Shown here one piece after another: positions 12,883 to 26,946 of a stretch of 64,000 nucleotides of DNA. Source of the DNA: Octopus vulgaris (Eukaryota); NCBI GenBank assembly GCA_951406725.2, contig OX597820.1, forward strand, positions 64,108,001 through 64,172,000. The letters are read 5' to 3'. Position 1 is the stretch's first letter, and the number at the start of each line of letters is the position of its first letter. Position numbers and translations under genes: made by a program. A model generated the notes under the pieces. It worked only from the letters and a program-made list of their open reading frames with translations. It did not search any database and was not told where the DNA came from.

Positions 12883-14769
12883 CTATCTATCTATCTACTT
12901 AATGTATATATCTATCTGTCTGCCTCTCCCCGTTCTCATATATATATATATATTACATACACATATGTATGTATGTATGTTTGTACGCATGTAGATGCAC
13001 ATATGCGTGTGTGAGTGTGTGAGTATGTTTTTGTGTGTGTTATGCGTGTAGTGTACGAGCGTGGTGTGTATGTATTGTTCGCGAGACGAAGTGGGTAGTG
13101 GGGAGATTCTCGAGCATATGAGTGTTGGTTCGATTGCCGGATTGGGCGGTGCTTTATCCTCCTGATTAAAGAATTCATTTCATGTTTCCCCATCATATTA
13201 AGCTGTTCGTTGGTACTAGCTTTGCACTGATGCAACTCACCCTCACTCTCTCACTACTTGTGCCACACTCTCTCTTTCTCGTTCTTTTTCTGGCTTTCCA
13301 TATCTCCATGTTCCACTGAGTCAAGTTCGAGACTTTCAAGATGGTGTGTGTTGTCTTGCAATTACGTAGTCATAAAAGATACAATCAGGAGAAACACTGC
13401 ACAAGCAAACATACCATACACGCTTGCCGATGCAAGCTAGCTGTATGTGTGTGCATGAGTGTGCACAAATGTTGTGTATGTGTGTGCGTGTGTTTGCATG
13501 TATGTGTGTGTAGGTGTGTGTGCACACGTTCACTTAAACATAATACATACATTATATGTACATATATAGTGACATACAAACACATTTATACACATACATA
13601 TTTGAATATGTGTGCAAGTATGTACCCTTATATGAGTGCGTGTTTATATATCTGTATGTACATGATTGAAGATGGAAACCAGCTTCTGTCTTCCGATAAG
13701 CTATTATCGTGGGAATCTATAGTAAACAATATCACATACATCATTATCGACAGTGATATATCCACATGCTTCATTAGCATAAGGGAGAAAATATGATGAT
13801 AAAGGCCATGTACATGATGTAGCAAATAACTCACCGCTAAAATTGTAAGAACCCTGCAGGATCTTTATTATGTAAACCATATGTGTGTTAGTAATAAAAT
13901 AATTGACATTAGTTCAAGTGTGGGTATCTGAACATGGAACAATCACTTGGAGAATCTTTCAGTGAAGAACTACAGCAAAAGCAGAGCTAAATAAATGATA
14001 ATGACACTTAATACATCGATATAGCGTGTAGTCTGAAGATGGCCGACAATGTAATGCAACACTTGATTTTTATAATCAACTTCTAAACTTCCTGGCGAAA
14101 ATTTAGTCACATACTAACATAACAATTTTCCATAAAATTATTGATGTATCGCCATAATAATAATAATAATAATAATAAATGTTCTGATGCGATACCAGGC
14201 AGTGGCTCTCATGTCTTCTGATCTTAACTGACTGGAAGCGTTATCATGTACATTGTTTTGTCTTGGTATAAAAGATAGGCTACAACAAATATTCTGATCA
14301 ATACCACAGATTTGCTTCTCAGTTGTTTGACCTTAAGCAGTTGACCATGTCCCTTAGTGGCTGACGATATGTGCATCTCTGATCACGAGCAGAAGTAGTG
14401 GGGGAGCATCACAGTCGTGAGTGCAAAGGAATTCTTGGAGGTTTGGATAATTCAACTTTGGAAAAATGTTTAGTTCATTCAATATCCTTAAACAATCCTT
14501 ATTCGGGGAAATTTTGAGAGGAATGGGCTACTCGACCAGAAGTAAATTCTAACTGGGCCCCACCTGGTCATGCGCTGTTTATCTTGTTATGAGATCACCA
14601 TGTCAGTCATATATGGTTGTGATGCATGTGTCTGGTGTACACTTATCAGACGGGTAGTCATGATGGGTATATTGGGCTTCGTATATTTTACCCTAGTGTC
14701 ACTTTGATGGCATACACTGCTCTCTCACTCAGTAATATTAATAATAATCATAATAATGATTGATTGATG

Positions 14770-15011
14770 TAAAAGGCAGCAGTAGTACAAATAATAATTG
14801 TGAGCCCTGGGAACAGTGAAAAGAATCTTGAGAAGTACATGGAACAGATAGGGGCTGCAATAAGTGTAGAGCACTTGCAGTAAACAGCACTGCTTGGAAC
14901 CGCTCGAATACTCCGGAAGGTGCTCAAAAAATAAGAGGTGATACCTTAGTTCACTGGTAGTGAACAGCTGGCAGTGTAGTACATCTCTAGCGTTAGAAGC
15001 TGTGAAAATGC

Positions 15012-15012
<1 letters not shown>
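14770..15012 (+). mobile_element. 3' end of an R4/Dong-like REL-endonuclease retrotransposon
   Basis: Frameshifted peptide VVQII..ALGTV.KNLEKYMEQIGAAISVEHLQ*TALLGTARILRKVL, short 3' UTR, then (TAA)n at 15013-15095. Confidence 0.8.
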
Positions 15013-15072
<60 letters not shown>

Positions 15073-15668
15073 TTAATAATAATAATAATAATAATAGCAA
15101 TGAACTATCAGAAAGCTATCGTGTCTTGATAGTTCATAAAATATAATAAAGGTAGCAATTATTTACATTTTTGTAGTGTAATTCGCAGTATTTCATAAAA
15201 GAATACAACGTAATGTAACACACACGCGCTCATAAATAACACATACATAAAAGCAAAAGAAAGAAAAACATACGTTCTTACACAATCTGTTACACACACA
15301 TACATATATGCACACTCACAAACAGTCACACACACACGCACACACATGCACCCACGCACACACACATACATACAATACGTTTGAAAATGTATAATAAATG
15401 CACAAACAGTCAGAATGGTAAGTTAAAAATATATATATTGAATGCCCAGACGAACGGAAAACACACACAGAATTCCCCAATTCCTCATCAGTTATGGATC
15501 AGAGTGTCTGACGCAATTTCGTGCCTTTAACGAAAATATCGCTTCCCAGCTGGAGGCATCTGCAAGACTATGTTTTTTAACTTGCTTCTGTGTTTGTTTT
15601 TCGCTTGTGCATTTATTGCAAATCTTAAACTTATCATTTAACGGAACGCAACCAAGTCCTTTCCAGAG

Positions 15669-15761
<93 letters not shown>

Positions 15762-16259
15762 CATGTAGAAAACATGTAGAATACATGAAGTATGATACAA
15801 TGATTCTCTGAGAACACATGAAGCTGTGCTGTTACAGTAAACTCGTTGTAAAGGCTTCGCTGTCACTTCACAAGTCGCTGTCGGTTGCGTGAGGAGTATG
15901 CAAAAAAGATAATGTCAGGAGGCACGAGACGTGATTATAGATTTATTTAACGAAGTGCTTTTTTTTCTTAGGATTACGGCCTTTCCACAAACTTTTTCCT
16001 GTAGCAAGACGTTATGCGTACAGTTTCCCATCAATATGTGTGCTCGGTGTTATACAATTCAATTGTATATTTACAAATTAATGCATAAAAAAAGAGAAGA
16101 TAACACATCACATCACCAGAACATCGTTGGTACATCAGCAGTTCAACATGTATACTCAGATACATACATACACAAATGCATACACACTCTCTTTCCCCCC
16201 ACACACTCACATGTACTTACGCACACATATTATGTCTGTATCTATATGTCATTATACAG

Positions 16260-16612
16260 TTTTCTTTCAAGATTTCTTGCCAATAGAGAAAGAATCGGTT
16301 TCCAAACTAGATCCAGTGCTTCTCCATGTATACGTGGAGTTTTGTATGTTTTATATTATATATTTATTTTCATGCATATAGTTGCAGATCTAGACATGCT
16401 CATAGAGATTTAAAAGATAATCTGAAACGTTTTGCTGATTTTTACAGTTCCATTGAGAGATTGCATCTGTAGTCTTCGAATTAGCTTTCTCCTTTCTGGT
16501 TTTAAGAAGTGTAATTTCTCAAGATCGGAATTTAGGCAGTGTGTTGCATATCCGAAGGCCCCAATAATTACAGTTATGAACCTGAACGTATAATTTGGAT
16601 AGAGTAACTGCA
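16260..16612 (-). mobile_element. 3' end of an REL-endonuclease non-LTR retrotransposon (different family)
   Basis: LQLLYPNYTFRFITVIIGAFGYATHCL...KLIRRLQMQSLNGTVKISKTF has the VIIGAxG and LQxxSLxGT pattern of REL C-termini. Confidence 0.7.
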
Positions 16613-17389
16613 GTGTCGGTACCCAATTGTATGTAAGTATGTATGTAACTGCAGTGTCGGTATTCCAGTGTATGTATGTATGTATGTATGTATGTATGTA
16701 TGTATGTATGTATGTATGTATGTATGTAGGTAGGTAGGTATGCATGTAACTTCAGTATCGGTATTCCAGAGTATGTATATGATACTGATTTCTAACATAA
16801 ACAGAAGCATAAATATTATTAAGATGGGTATAATATATTACATTTACCCCACCAGTAATTTATTTATCGGTACATTGTATTATTAACTCTAGTGGGACAA
16901 AAATTAAAAATTGTCCTGCGCAATTTTCAAATTCAGAAATGAACGTAACATCCCTAAATACTGCAAGGCCTTTTTCTCGGAAGCGTTTTAGCTTTAGGCA
17001 ATCTATACTCCTCGGAGCAATATCATGGATGCTAGCATGTACACTACACCTCACATTTTAGTGGGGTACTCTACCGCTTAATGAATTCCATATATATTTT
17101 ATTAACACGCTTTTCATTGTCCCTTTTACAAACAATGAGAATTTGCTACATAACGGGACATAACTCAATGCCGCAAGCGATTTAAAGAGTAGCGAGCCTA
17201 TTTTCTTTAGTTCATACACCGACCTTATATTTTATATTATATTGGATTTGTTTCCATATGTATTATTTACATTCCTTTTAGTTTTGTAATTGCTGGGTCA
17301 GGGAAGAGAACTAATTCTACAGGCTCTGCTGATATTAGTGGCTGTAAAGACATCCATGTTCGTTTCGTAGTATTGTCCAACAGTTGCAT

Positions 17390-17990
17390 CATCCATACTC
17401 TCAACAATGCGCCCTTAAATATGGTTTCTGATTACAAATATCTTCGGTCATACATATCATCATCTGGAAAAGATTTTCTAACTAGAAAGGGTATGGCCTG
17501 GTCAGCCTGTAATGACATGCATAAGATCTGGTAGAGACTTCAAACTTGAAATCTTCAAAGCCACAGTCGAACCAATTCTACTATATGGCTCAGAAACCTG
17601 TACGTTATCAAAGAAGCCTGAGAGGCGGTTGGATGGAACCTACACTCGCCTCCTTATGAGAGTTCAAAATCTCTCGTGGAAGCGTCATCCAACCAAAATG
17701 CAAATATATGGGAAACTACCACCTGTGTCATCTCTTGTGAAAGGTAGGAGAGTCCAGCTTGTTGGACATTGTTGTAGAGCTGAAAAAGAGGTAATTTCTA
17801 CTCTCCTCCTCTGGAAGCCACCTACTCGCAATGCCAGAGGGCGCACACTCTCCTACCCTGATGTAATCTCCAGGGATACAGGCATCCAGTCACAGGACCT
17901 CCGTAATTCCATGATGGACCGTGAAGTCTAGCGTAGCATGGTAAATTCCATTGTCTCGACCACGGTCGAACAATGATGATGATGATGATG
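17390..17990 (+). mobile_element. 5'-truncated RTE-clade LINE (RT thumb and C-terminus)
   Basis: DYKYL.SYI, KLEIFKATVEPILLYGSET.TL, RRVQLVGHC, LLLWKP...RGR; ends in a (TGA)n tail. Confidence 0.88.
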
Positions 17991-18197
17991 AGTATTGGAA
18001 GTCAACTCCTGCAAGAAGGACATGGGCAGAGAGAAAATTCCATTGAGAATATGCTGATTGGTGGAAGCAGAACTGAGAGGAGAAGGTCGAAAGCTTGCTA
18101 GTTATGAGAAAGAGCGACCGTTACAGCGACGGGAGAGAAGATAATATTGGAGACAGGAATCTTGTTAATTAGTTGTCGTTGTAACCATTATTGTTTA

Positions 18198-18675
18198 ATA
18201 CAGTTCCATATTTAAAATGGAGACAACCTTTCTCTTTGGGATAAAGTTAAAATAATAGATAGTGAACACTACTGGAAAATACGAAAACTAAAAGAAGCAG
18301 CACATATTTTAGGACACAACAACCTCCTAATCATTCCGAGTGCAGATATGAGTAGCAGATGGAAACCAATAATAAGAAAGGATAGGAAAATATTAGATTT
18401 AAAGCCCTTAAATTCATTCCATAATTGCCCACGGGTGTAGTAGTGAAGAGCGAGGGCTAATAACACCAAGTTCCGAGTTCGATTCCAGGCATTGTTTGAA
18501 TAATAATAATAATAACAACAACAACTTCGAAAAATACCGTAGGAATGAAAACCCAGGTTCGAAATTTCCCCAAGACACCTGATGAAGGCTGGAGGGTATA
18601 TTAGCCGAAATGTTGTGCTAACAACAAACAAGACGAGGACAAATATCCGGCAAATGTAAATAACGTAAATAATAT
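18198..18675 (+). mobile_element. 3' end of a Penelope-like element: GIY-YIG C-terminus plus terminal repeat
   Basis: 18216-18440 reads LWDKVKIIDSEHYWKIRKLKEAAHILGHNNLL, typical of a PLE GIY-YIG C-terminus. It is followed by a tRNA-like segment, (AAT)n and an HHR motif at 18574-18619. Confidence 0.8.
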
Positions 18676-19185
18676 TATTGTTTATCCCCAGATTGATTCA
18701 CGAAGAAGACATACGACCACAGGCAGTAACTGTCCATTTCCTTTCTTTCTTTTTAGTCGTAGTGTATACAAGACTACATAACAGTATCTTAATAATACAT
18801 AATAGCATATTGTATACATAATACAATGGTAGCTTGAAGATTTTATACGTGGCTGAATCGACTACTATTTGTAGCAGATCGAGTAATTGCGTTTAGCATC
18901 CCTCGTTGTGTAATTGGTACGTCCTTCTCTTTCTTGTTGCTGATGGTGGACGTGATAAGGATATCGGTGATAATGATGTGACTGTTGTTTTAGTGTGGTT
19001 TAACTGTATGTTAGCTCTGTTCAAGAATATATGATCAAACAGCCAGAATAATCTTGTACTGGTGTTATCTAAGACTATAAGCAAGGTGCCAGATATTGCG
19101 AGGCAGTACCTTGTGATTTGCTGATATTTGTAGAAGATTTAGGGAAAACGGGAAAGCCTCACCTATTTCAGCGATGTGGATAATA

Positions 19186-19720
19186 TTGGGTTATCCGAAA
19201 AGTTCGTGCGGATTTATAGTAGCTTACATTTCGACTTATTTTAGAACGTGGTTGAGTCCATAAAATAGGATTTGACTACATCTCCATTTAGAGTACAGTT
19301 TAAGCTATTTTTTCGTGGAAGAAGGTTTATTTTCCTATAACCTGTGTTAATTCTGTAACCCTTCAAAATGGAAGATAAGAAAGTTCATTTTCGGCACTTG
19401 ATGCTTTGGGAACCAAATACCCCACCCTCCATATTCACCAGATATTGCTCCTTCGGACTTCCACTTATATAGGTCTCTGCTGAATAGTCTTAATGGTAAA
19501 AATTTCAATTCCTTGGATGACGTAAAAAGCTACCTCGATGAATTCTTTGCCATGAAACCACCACATTTCTGGGAAGAGGGTATTTTCAAGTTAAAGGAAA
19601 GATGGAGACGCATTGTACAACAAAATGTTTCATATTTGGTTGATTAAAAATGTAACGGCAAGTATTTATTGACCTTTTTCTTTCCTTTAAAAATTGGCAC
19701 GAACTTTCTGGACAACCCAA
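19186..19720 (+). mobile_element. Internally deleted mariner transposon
   Basis: TA-flanked TIRs ttgggttatccgaaaagttcgtgc / gcacgaactttctggacaacccaa. N-terminus MEDKKVHFRHLMLW is joined out of frame to PHPPYSPDIAPSDFHL...WRRIVQQN. Confidence 0.92.
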
Positions 19721-20553
19721 TATATATATTACAACAGTTTCAATGAAAGGATCAACAATATGTTGTAATTTTGTTGAAATGCTTTGCAAACACTTCATTG
19801 TAATTTAAATATGACGCTTTTAATTCACTTTTGCAATTGTTGACTTATCACATGAGCTGGAAATGTTTCCTGCAAATAACCAGCCTTTTCGACAGGAGGT
19901 AATATATCATTTATTCACGTCCTGTTATTGTGACATAGAAGTTCAGAATCAGCTGTCTTTGTTTGGCCCATAAATTTGAAATAATATTTATATGAGGAAA
20001 AGACAAATTTCGGTCATTGATTTACCTAGTTAAAAAATCATTTCGGAAAATACAGGCAACAGCTTCGGAAACATGCGGCTGCTTTACAAAATAATGAAGC
20101 ATGGAAGCATCTGTGTTTTAGTTTGAAAATGTTATACAAAATATATGTATGAATGTGTTAGCGCAAACGTATAAATAGTTAAATTTACCATGTTTATATT
20201 GCTGCTACATAGATTTACGTATGCTACACCGTACCTTGATAATATGTAAAATGAGATACCCTCTGACAGTCCGCTGATATCAAATAAAGTGATAAACACG
20301 TATGGTATGCATATTAGAAGATCCAGGTCTCTGTAACTGTTATATTTGTTGCGCATATAAACAGATTGATTACTTGTATCTCTGGGATTGGTCACATTAA
20401 TGCAGACAGCTCTGATGAACACCAAATATGTTTCTAAAATCGATTTAAGCTGTTCATAATTTTTTTTCAATCTACGAAGAAACATATAAATTTGCCATGT
20501 TTTTACTGCGTAGAATTTACACTAAGTAGGTTGACACATATACCAACATACAA

Positions 20554-20630
<77 letters not shown>

Positions 20631-20988
20631 CAAATTTACCCACATATGTAGCTACATAAATGCTTAGTATAAGATATGGATTCACCTCACATACCTAATG
20701 ACTTTATGGTTTTATATGTATATGTATGTATGTATGTATGCATGTATGTATGTGTGTATGTAAATCCTGTGAACGTGAGTACAAAGGACATACATAGATG
20801 CATACATACATAACCACGCACGCGCACACAGAAGACAATCTACAAAAACCGTTATTCTATTTCAAAGAATGGCACATGTTATATACAGTTCTATCCTCTG
20901 CTTTCCTAACTCGATTCTCTATCCTGTCTCTTTCTTTCAGTTTCTATCTATCTAGCTATCTAAGTATCTATCTATCTATCTATCTAAG

Positions 20989-21079
<91 letters not shown>

Positions 21080-21137
21080 GTCTATCTGTCTGTCTATCTA
21101 GCTATCTATCAATCACTTTATCTACACACACGCGCGC

Positions 21138-21179
<42 letters not shown>

Positions 21180-21616
21180 CTATCCATCTATGTATTTACA
21201 TCTCTGTTGATATCACTCGCTTATTTTGTTACATATTATTATATTTCATAGAATGACAAGCACTATCTCACTGTACTCTTTCCCTCTTTCTTCGCCCTCA
21301 CTGCCATCACAGGAAAACAGACACACATCTACATTCACTCTCTCCTTTGCACACATACTATGTCATTTTGACACAAACACACACACGAACGTATATAAGT
21401 AAAAGTAAGCTCTACCACATATGTGTACTCGCATCACATTCACGCATACACATAACCAAAGAAACCTTTCAACTCTCGAAGCAGGTGAACCAGAAAACCG
21501 TTATGACAGACGATAGCGCTAGGATTTCTGTGGCTTTCAGATGCGGTCTTTGAAGCAGTTGTGTTGCTCTTTCAGACGTATTACTCTTACATAAGCTGTA
21601 ACTGTAGCAGAGATGG

Positions 21617-21750
21617 CAACAGCAGCAGCAGCAGCAGCAGTAATGGTGGTGGTGGTGGTGGCGGTGGTACTGGTGGTGGTGATAGTAGTAGTAGTAGTAG
21701 TAGTAGTAGTAGCAGTAGTAGTAGTAGTAATAGTAGTAGTAGTAGTAGTG
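21617..21750. repeat. Compound (CAG)n/(GGT)n/(TAG)n microsatellite
   Basis: Direct reading. Confidence 0.95.
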
Positions 21751-22218
21751 AAGCATTGCAACAATGAATGCTAATACTACTTGAGACAACATTAAGACTA
21801 AGTATATAAATGTTGCTCCTGTCGCTTCTACAACAACCGCTACTGCTATTACTGCTACTGCTGCTGCTGCTGTTTCTGCTGCTGTTGATAACAGTAACAA
21901 CATTGGCAGCATCCAGAACAAAAGCAACAACAACAATAGCAACGTACTGATGTTCATATTTACTTATAGGCAGAAGTGGTGATATTTCCTTACATATAAG
22001 GATAGTCGGTCTAATCGACCCCAATGAGCAAGCGGTACTTATCTTATCGACCCTGCAAGGATGAAAGCCAAAGCCAACCTGGGCAGAATTTGAACACTGA
22101 ACGTAAAAACAGACGAAATATCGCTAAACCTTTATTATCATTATTATCATTATTATTATTATTATTATTATTACTATTACTACTATTATTACTATTATTA
22201 CTATTATTATACTATATT

Positions 22219-22625
22219 TGACTTTTGCTTTACATTTGTACAAGTTGGCTCCAAGTCTCACTCAGAAACCTCAAGAGACGTTGGAAGTTCATGTTGGTGT
22301 TATGCCTAGGATGCCATATATTTGGTTTTGTACTTAGTGTTGTACTAGTGAATGTTTAAGAAACCATAAAATTATGTTTGCTTTAAAACATGAGATTACA
22401 TAGAAAGTATTTTACCATGAGTACTATCTTTTGAATTTCTGCCATTTTGGGGTTTCCTGGTATCTGAGCTAGGTAGCAATCGGCCCCTTTTGCTATCATT
22501 CCCAGGGCACCTATGACAACATGTATTGTTTTAGTCTTCAGATTCCAGATTTTGCTAATTTCTATTTCAAGATCTTTATATTTGTTCAGTTTTTGGTAGG
22601 TCTTCATAGATACGTTTATATCGAT
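22219..22625 (-). mobile_element. 3' end of an R4/Dong-like retrotransposon
   Basis: KLNKYKDLEIEISKIWNLKTKTIHVVIGALG...IQKIVLM; (TTA)n-type repeats on both sides. Confidence 0.88.
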
Positions 22626-22677
22626 TGACTATTATTATTATCATCATCAATAATAATAATAATAATAATAATCTTAA

Positions 22678-22937
22678 ACCCCCTTCCATCATGACTGACC
22701 GTGGGATTCCACCTAGAAAGTTACCCTCCCAGGCACAAATCCCCATGCATACCGGCCTCCCCTCTCCATCAGTGTTATCCAACGGAAAAGCAGAGACCGA
22801 TACAGCTTGGCACCTGTGTCGTCGCAACTCATTTCTACAGCTGAGTGAACTGGAGTAACGTGAAATACAGTGTCTTGCTCAAGAAGAAAAACTCAGCCCG
22901 GTTCGGGATTCGAGCTCACAACTTCACGATCGTAAGC
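22678..22937 (-). mobile_element. SINE family C copy, cut by the assembly gap
   Basis: Similar to 2303-2622. Confidence 0.75.
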
Positions 22938-23037
22938 NNNNNNNNNNNNNNNNNNNNNNNNNNNNNNNNNNNNNNNNNNNNNNNNNNNNNNNNNNNNNNN
23001 NNNNNNNNNNNNNNNNNNNNNNNNNNNNNNNNNNNNN
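22938..23037. other. Assembly gap (100 N)
   Basis: Run of N. Confidence 1.
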
Positions 23038-24422
23038 TGTGCAAACTGTTTGCACAGGAAACTTGCTCTGTGTGGCGGTTTTTGCCGTTTTTGTGGATCT
23101 GTTTCAGCTTTTTTAGCGATTTCTGTTTGGGCGACTTCAAGCCATGAAGTCGTTCTAAAAGAACGCTGGTCTCCTTGACAACGCTTTACGACGTTGATTT
23201 CCCTACCCTGCCTTCCCCACAGCTTCACGAGGGAGGGAAGAAGGGTAGGAGCTACACAGGTGCAGGTGCGAGCATGAACGCCAACGCCGCCACCGACACA
23301 CGAAAAAATTGGAAGAACCCAGACGACAGCTTCAGCCACCACCACCGCCACCACCACTACCACCATGACCACCACCACTACGCCTGTGACCATCACCACC
23401 ACAATCACGATGACCACCACCACCACCACCATCATCATCATCACCACCACCACCACCACCACCACCATCATCACCCCCACCACCACGACCACCACCACGC
23501 CCAACAACAACAACAACCCCACCACCACCACCACCACCACAAACACGACCAACAACCACAAACACGACGACCACCATCGCCACCACCATCACGAAGACCA
23601 CCACGACCACCACAACCACCACCATCATCACCACCACCACCACCACCACCATCATCACCCCCACCACCACCACGACCACCACCACCACCAACAATAACAA
23701 CACCACCACCACCACAAACACGACGACCACCGCGACCACGACCACCATCACCACTACCAACACCACCGCCACCAATGCTGTCACTACCACCGCCTCCACC
23801 ACCACCATAATATGCTCCTGCTCTCTCCTTTTGGCTACTAAATCCATTACCATATTTCACAAGTACCATCGCCATACAATATTGCCTTCAAAAGTTTGTG
23901 TTTGGATAATATTTTTTAAGTAAAAGTTGTGCAACAACTAAAACATTCGGTTGTGCAAATTCTTTGCACGGGAAACCTTCCCTGTGTGGCATGTTTCCCG
24001 ATTTTGTAGAATTTGCTTTCGGGCTTTCTTAGCCATTTCTGTTTTGGTGTCTTCAAGCAATGAAGTCGTTGTTCTAAAAGAACGCTGGTCTCCTTGACAA
24101 AGCTTTACGACGTTGATTTCCTTACACTCCCTTCCCCACAGCTTCACGAGGGAGGGAACAAGGGGGAGAAGCAACACAGGTGCAGGTGTGAGCATGGACG
24201 CCAACTCCACCGCCATCGACACACGAAAAAATTGGAAGAAATGGAAAAAATGATGTTAAATTATTTTTAAAACTGTAGACTCATTGTAGACGCGCGCTAA
24301 TACCCAGACGGGCTCGATATGAATCACGACTATAAGATACCCGAATTTGGTTAAACTGCACCGCAAAATGTGGGAGTAGTTAGGAATCTAAATCGTAGGA
24401 GACAGACATTCACACAACTTCA

Positions 24423-24435
<13 letters not shown>
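23038..24435 (-). mobile_element. Non-autonomous Helitron-like element with internal direct repeat and (CAC/CAT)n tract
   Basis: Minus-strand start tatatataaaagtgaagttgtgtgaatgtctgtct...ctaactactccc resembles 5' ends of invertebrate non-autonomous Helitrons. Direct repeat 23038-23317 / 23952-24240. The 3' end is lost in the gap. Confidence 0.5.
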
Positions 24436-24470
<35 letters not shown>

Positions 24471-24507
24471 AAAAAAGGTTTGAAAATGCAATTTAAACGA
24501 TGTTTAT

Positions 24508-24552
24508 TTACTTAACCGGTTTCACTCTTTGGTAAAAGATTGTCAAAAGTAA
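24508..24552 (-). ncRNA. Hammerhead ribozyme motif, U3:A8 core variant
   Basis: Mirror copy of 26947-26991. Confidence 0.65.
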
Positions 24553-25343
24553 CATTAAAAGTAACATTGAATAATATGGGTTCAAAAAAGTTTTTTACAT
24601 AATTGTCACATTGAATATTATGCATTCAAAAAAGTTTTTTACATAATTGTCACATTGGATATTATGAATTCAAAAATGTTTTTTTATACATAATTGTCAC
24701 ATTACATGTATAAATATAGTTTTTGGTAACAGAGAAGTTCAATAGTGTGATGAGAATATTTGGAAAAATTGGCAGAAAAGGATAAAACAAATATATTATT
24801 GGAAATTTGGTTGCGTTAATTATTGGTTGTCGCAAATTGTCACATTACATGTATATATATACAGTCTTTGGTATATATATACACACAGTCTTTTGCCAGC
24901 AAAAGTTAAAATGGATTTTTTATACATCTCAGAATATTTTAAGTTGAAGGCGAGAATACGTTTTTACTGACCTGTTTGTTTTAGCAGAAAGGTTGAATTC
25001 AGAGAAAAAAAGATATGTACCCAGTGTGGTGAATACTTCCCCTTCAAGCAGCAATGGTTTTGGGGTTATCAGGAGGTTAGTATGTGGGTGTGAATAGATG
25101 TGTCCTTGCCTGCTGGTCAGACAACGTCTGTTTGTCACACACATATATATACACACACACACACATAACAACACACATACACACACACACATAGTATACA
25201 AACACACACCACATACACACAACACACACACACACACACAGAATACACACACACACACATACACAACGCACCCACATATATAATATATACACACAGCACA
25301 CAAATATAACATGTATTTATATATAATATACGCACATATATAA

Positions 25344-25384
<41 letters not shown>

Positions 25385-26138
25385 CACACGTACACATACA
25401 TTCATAATATAAATATCACACAAATACACCTAGCATATATATACACATACAATACACACATACAGCATGTATATAATACACATACACAATATATGCATGC
25501 AATATACGTACGCAATACATACATATAATATATATATATATATATAGACAATGCATATACATATATACATGTATACATATAAATAGTGTTTACATACACA
25601 TACATAGATATACCACATATACACACAATATACATACATACAATGCATACACATACACGTACGCATACATATAATATATATAAACACACACACATAACAT
25701 ACATACGCAATGCATATACATGTATTCATGCATATATAGCACACCTACAATATTAATATATACAATGCACACATACACACACATATATCCACTTAATTGT
25801 ACACATACATATACAATACACATACATACAATATACATATACACAATGCGCATGCAAATAATGCACATGTTTATACACACATAAACATGCAAATAAATAT
25901 ACACACACACATATATGTACATATATATATATATACATGTACATACATACATACATGCGCATACATATATTTTTTCCCCACACATACACGCACATATATA
26001 TATAAAAAATTCACACACACACCCACACACACAAATTACAAACCTATAGCGTACACACTCAAATATATCTCTACATACCGAACACACACACAAACAATGT
26101 ACTCACATATACACACATACCATGCATATACACACACA

Positions 26139-26173
<35 letters not shown>

Positions 26174-26946
26174 AAAACAAATACACATGTAAATACATAC
26201 ACACGTACACAATGCTCACACACACACACACACATAAATACACACACGCACACAGTGCACACACACACACACATATATATACACACGTGTGTGTTTGTAT
26301 ACTATGTGTGTGTGTGTATGTGTGTTGTTATGTGTATGTGTGTGTGTATATATATGTGTGTGACAAACAGACGTTGTCTGACCAGCAGGCAAGGACACAT
26401 CTATTCACACCCACATACTAACCTCCTGATAACCCCAAAACCATTGCTGCTTGAAGGGGAAGTATACACCACACTGGGTACATATCTTTTTTTCTCTGAA
26501 TTCAACCTTTCTGCTAAAACAAACAGGTCAGTAAAAACGTATTCTCGCCTTCAACTTAAAATATTCTGAGATGTATAAAAAATCCATTTTAATTTTTGCT
26601 GGCAAAAGACTGTGTGTATATATATATACCAAAGACTGTATATATATACATGTAATGTGACAATTTGCGACAACCAATAATTAACGCAACCAAATTTCTA
26701 ATAATATATTTGTTTTATCCTTTTCTGCCAATTTTTCCAAATATTCTCATCACACTATTGAACTTCTCTGTTACCAAACACTATATTTATACATGTAATG
26801 TGACAATTATGTATAAAAAAACATTTTTGAATTCATAATATCCAATGTGACAATTATGTAAAAAACTTTTTTGAATGCATAATATTCAATGTGACAATTA
26901 TGTAAAAAACTTTTTGAACCCATATTATTCAATGTTACTTTTAATG

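Noticed and set aside
13828-13860. Possible minus-strand micro-exon (cag...gtgagt)
   Set aside because: No polypyrimidine tract and no partner exons identified.
20132-20485. 117-aa ORF with DLLICIP, reminiscent of GPCR TM2
   Set aside because: Motif spacing is wrong, neighbouring helices are missing and there are no clear splice signals.
23175-23875. His-, Pro-, Thr- and Gly-rich ORFs
   Set aside because: Triplet low-complexity sequence open in most frames inside a repeat element.
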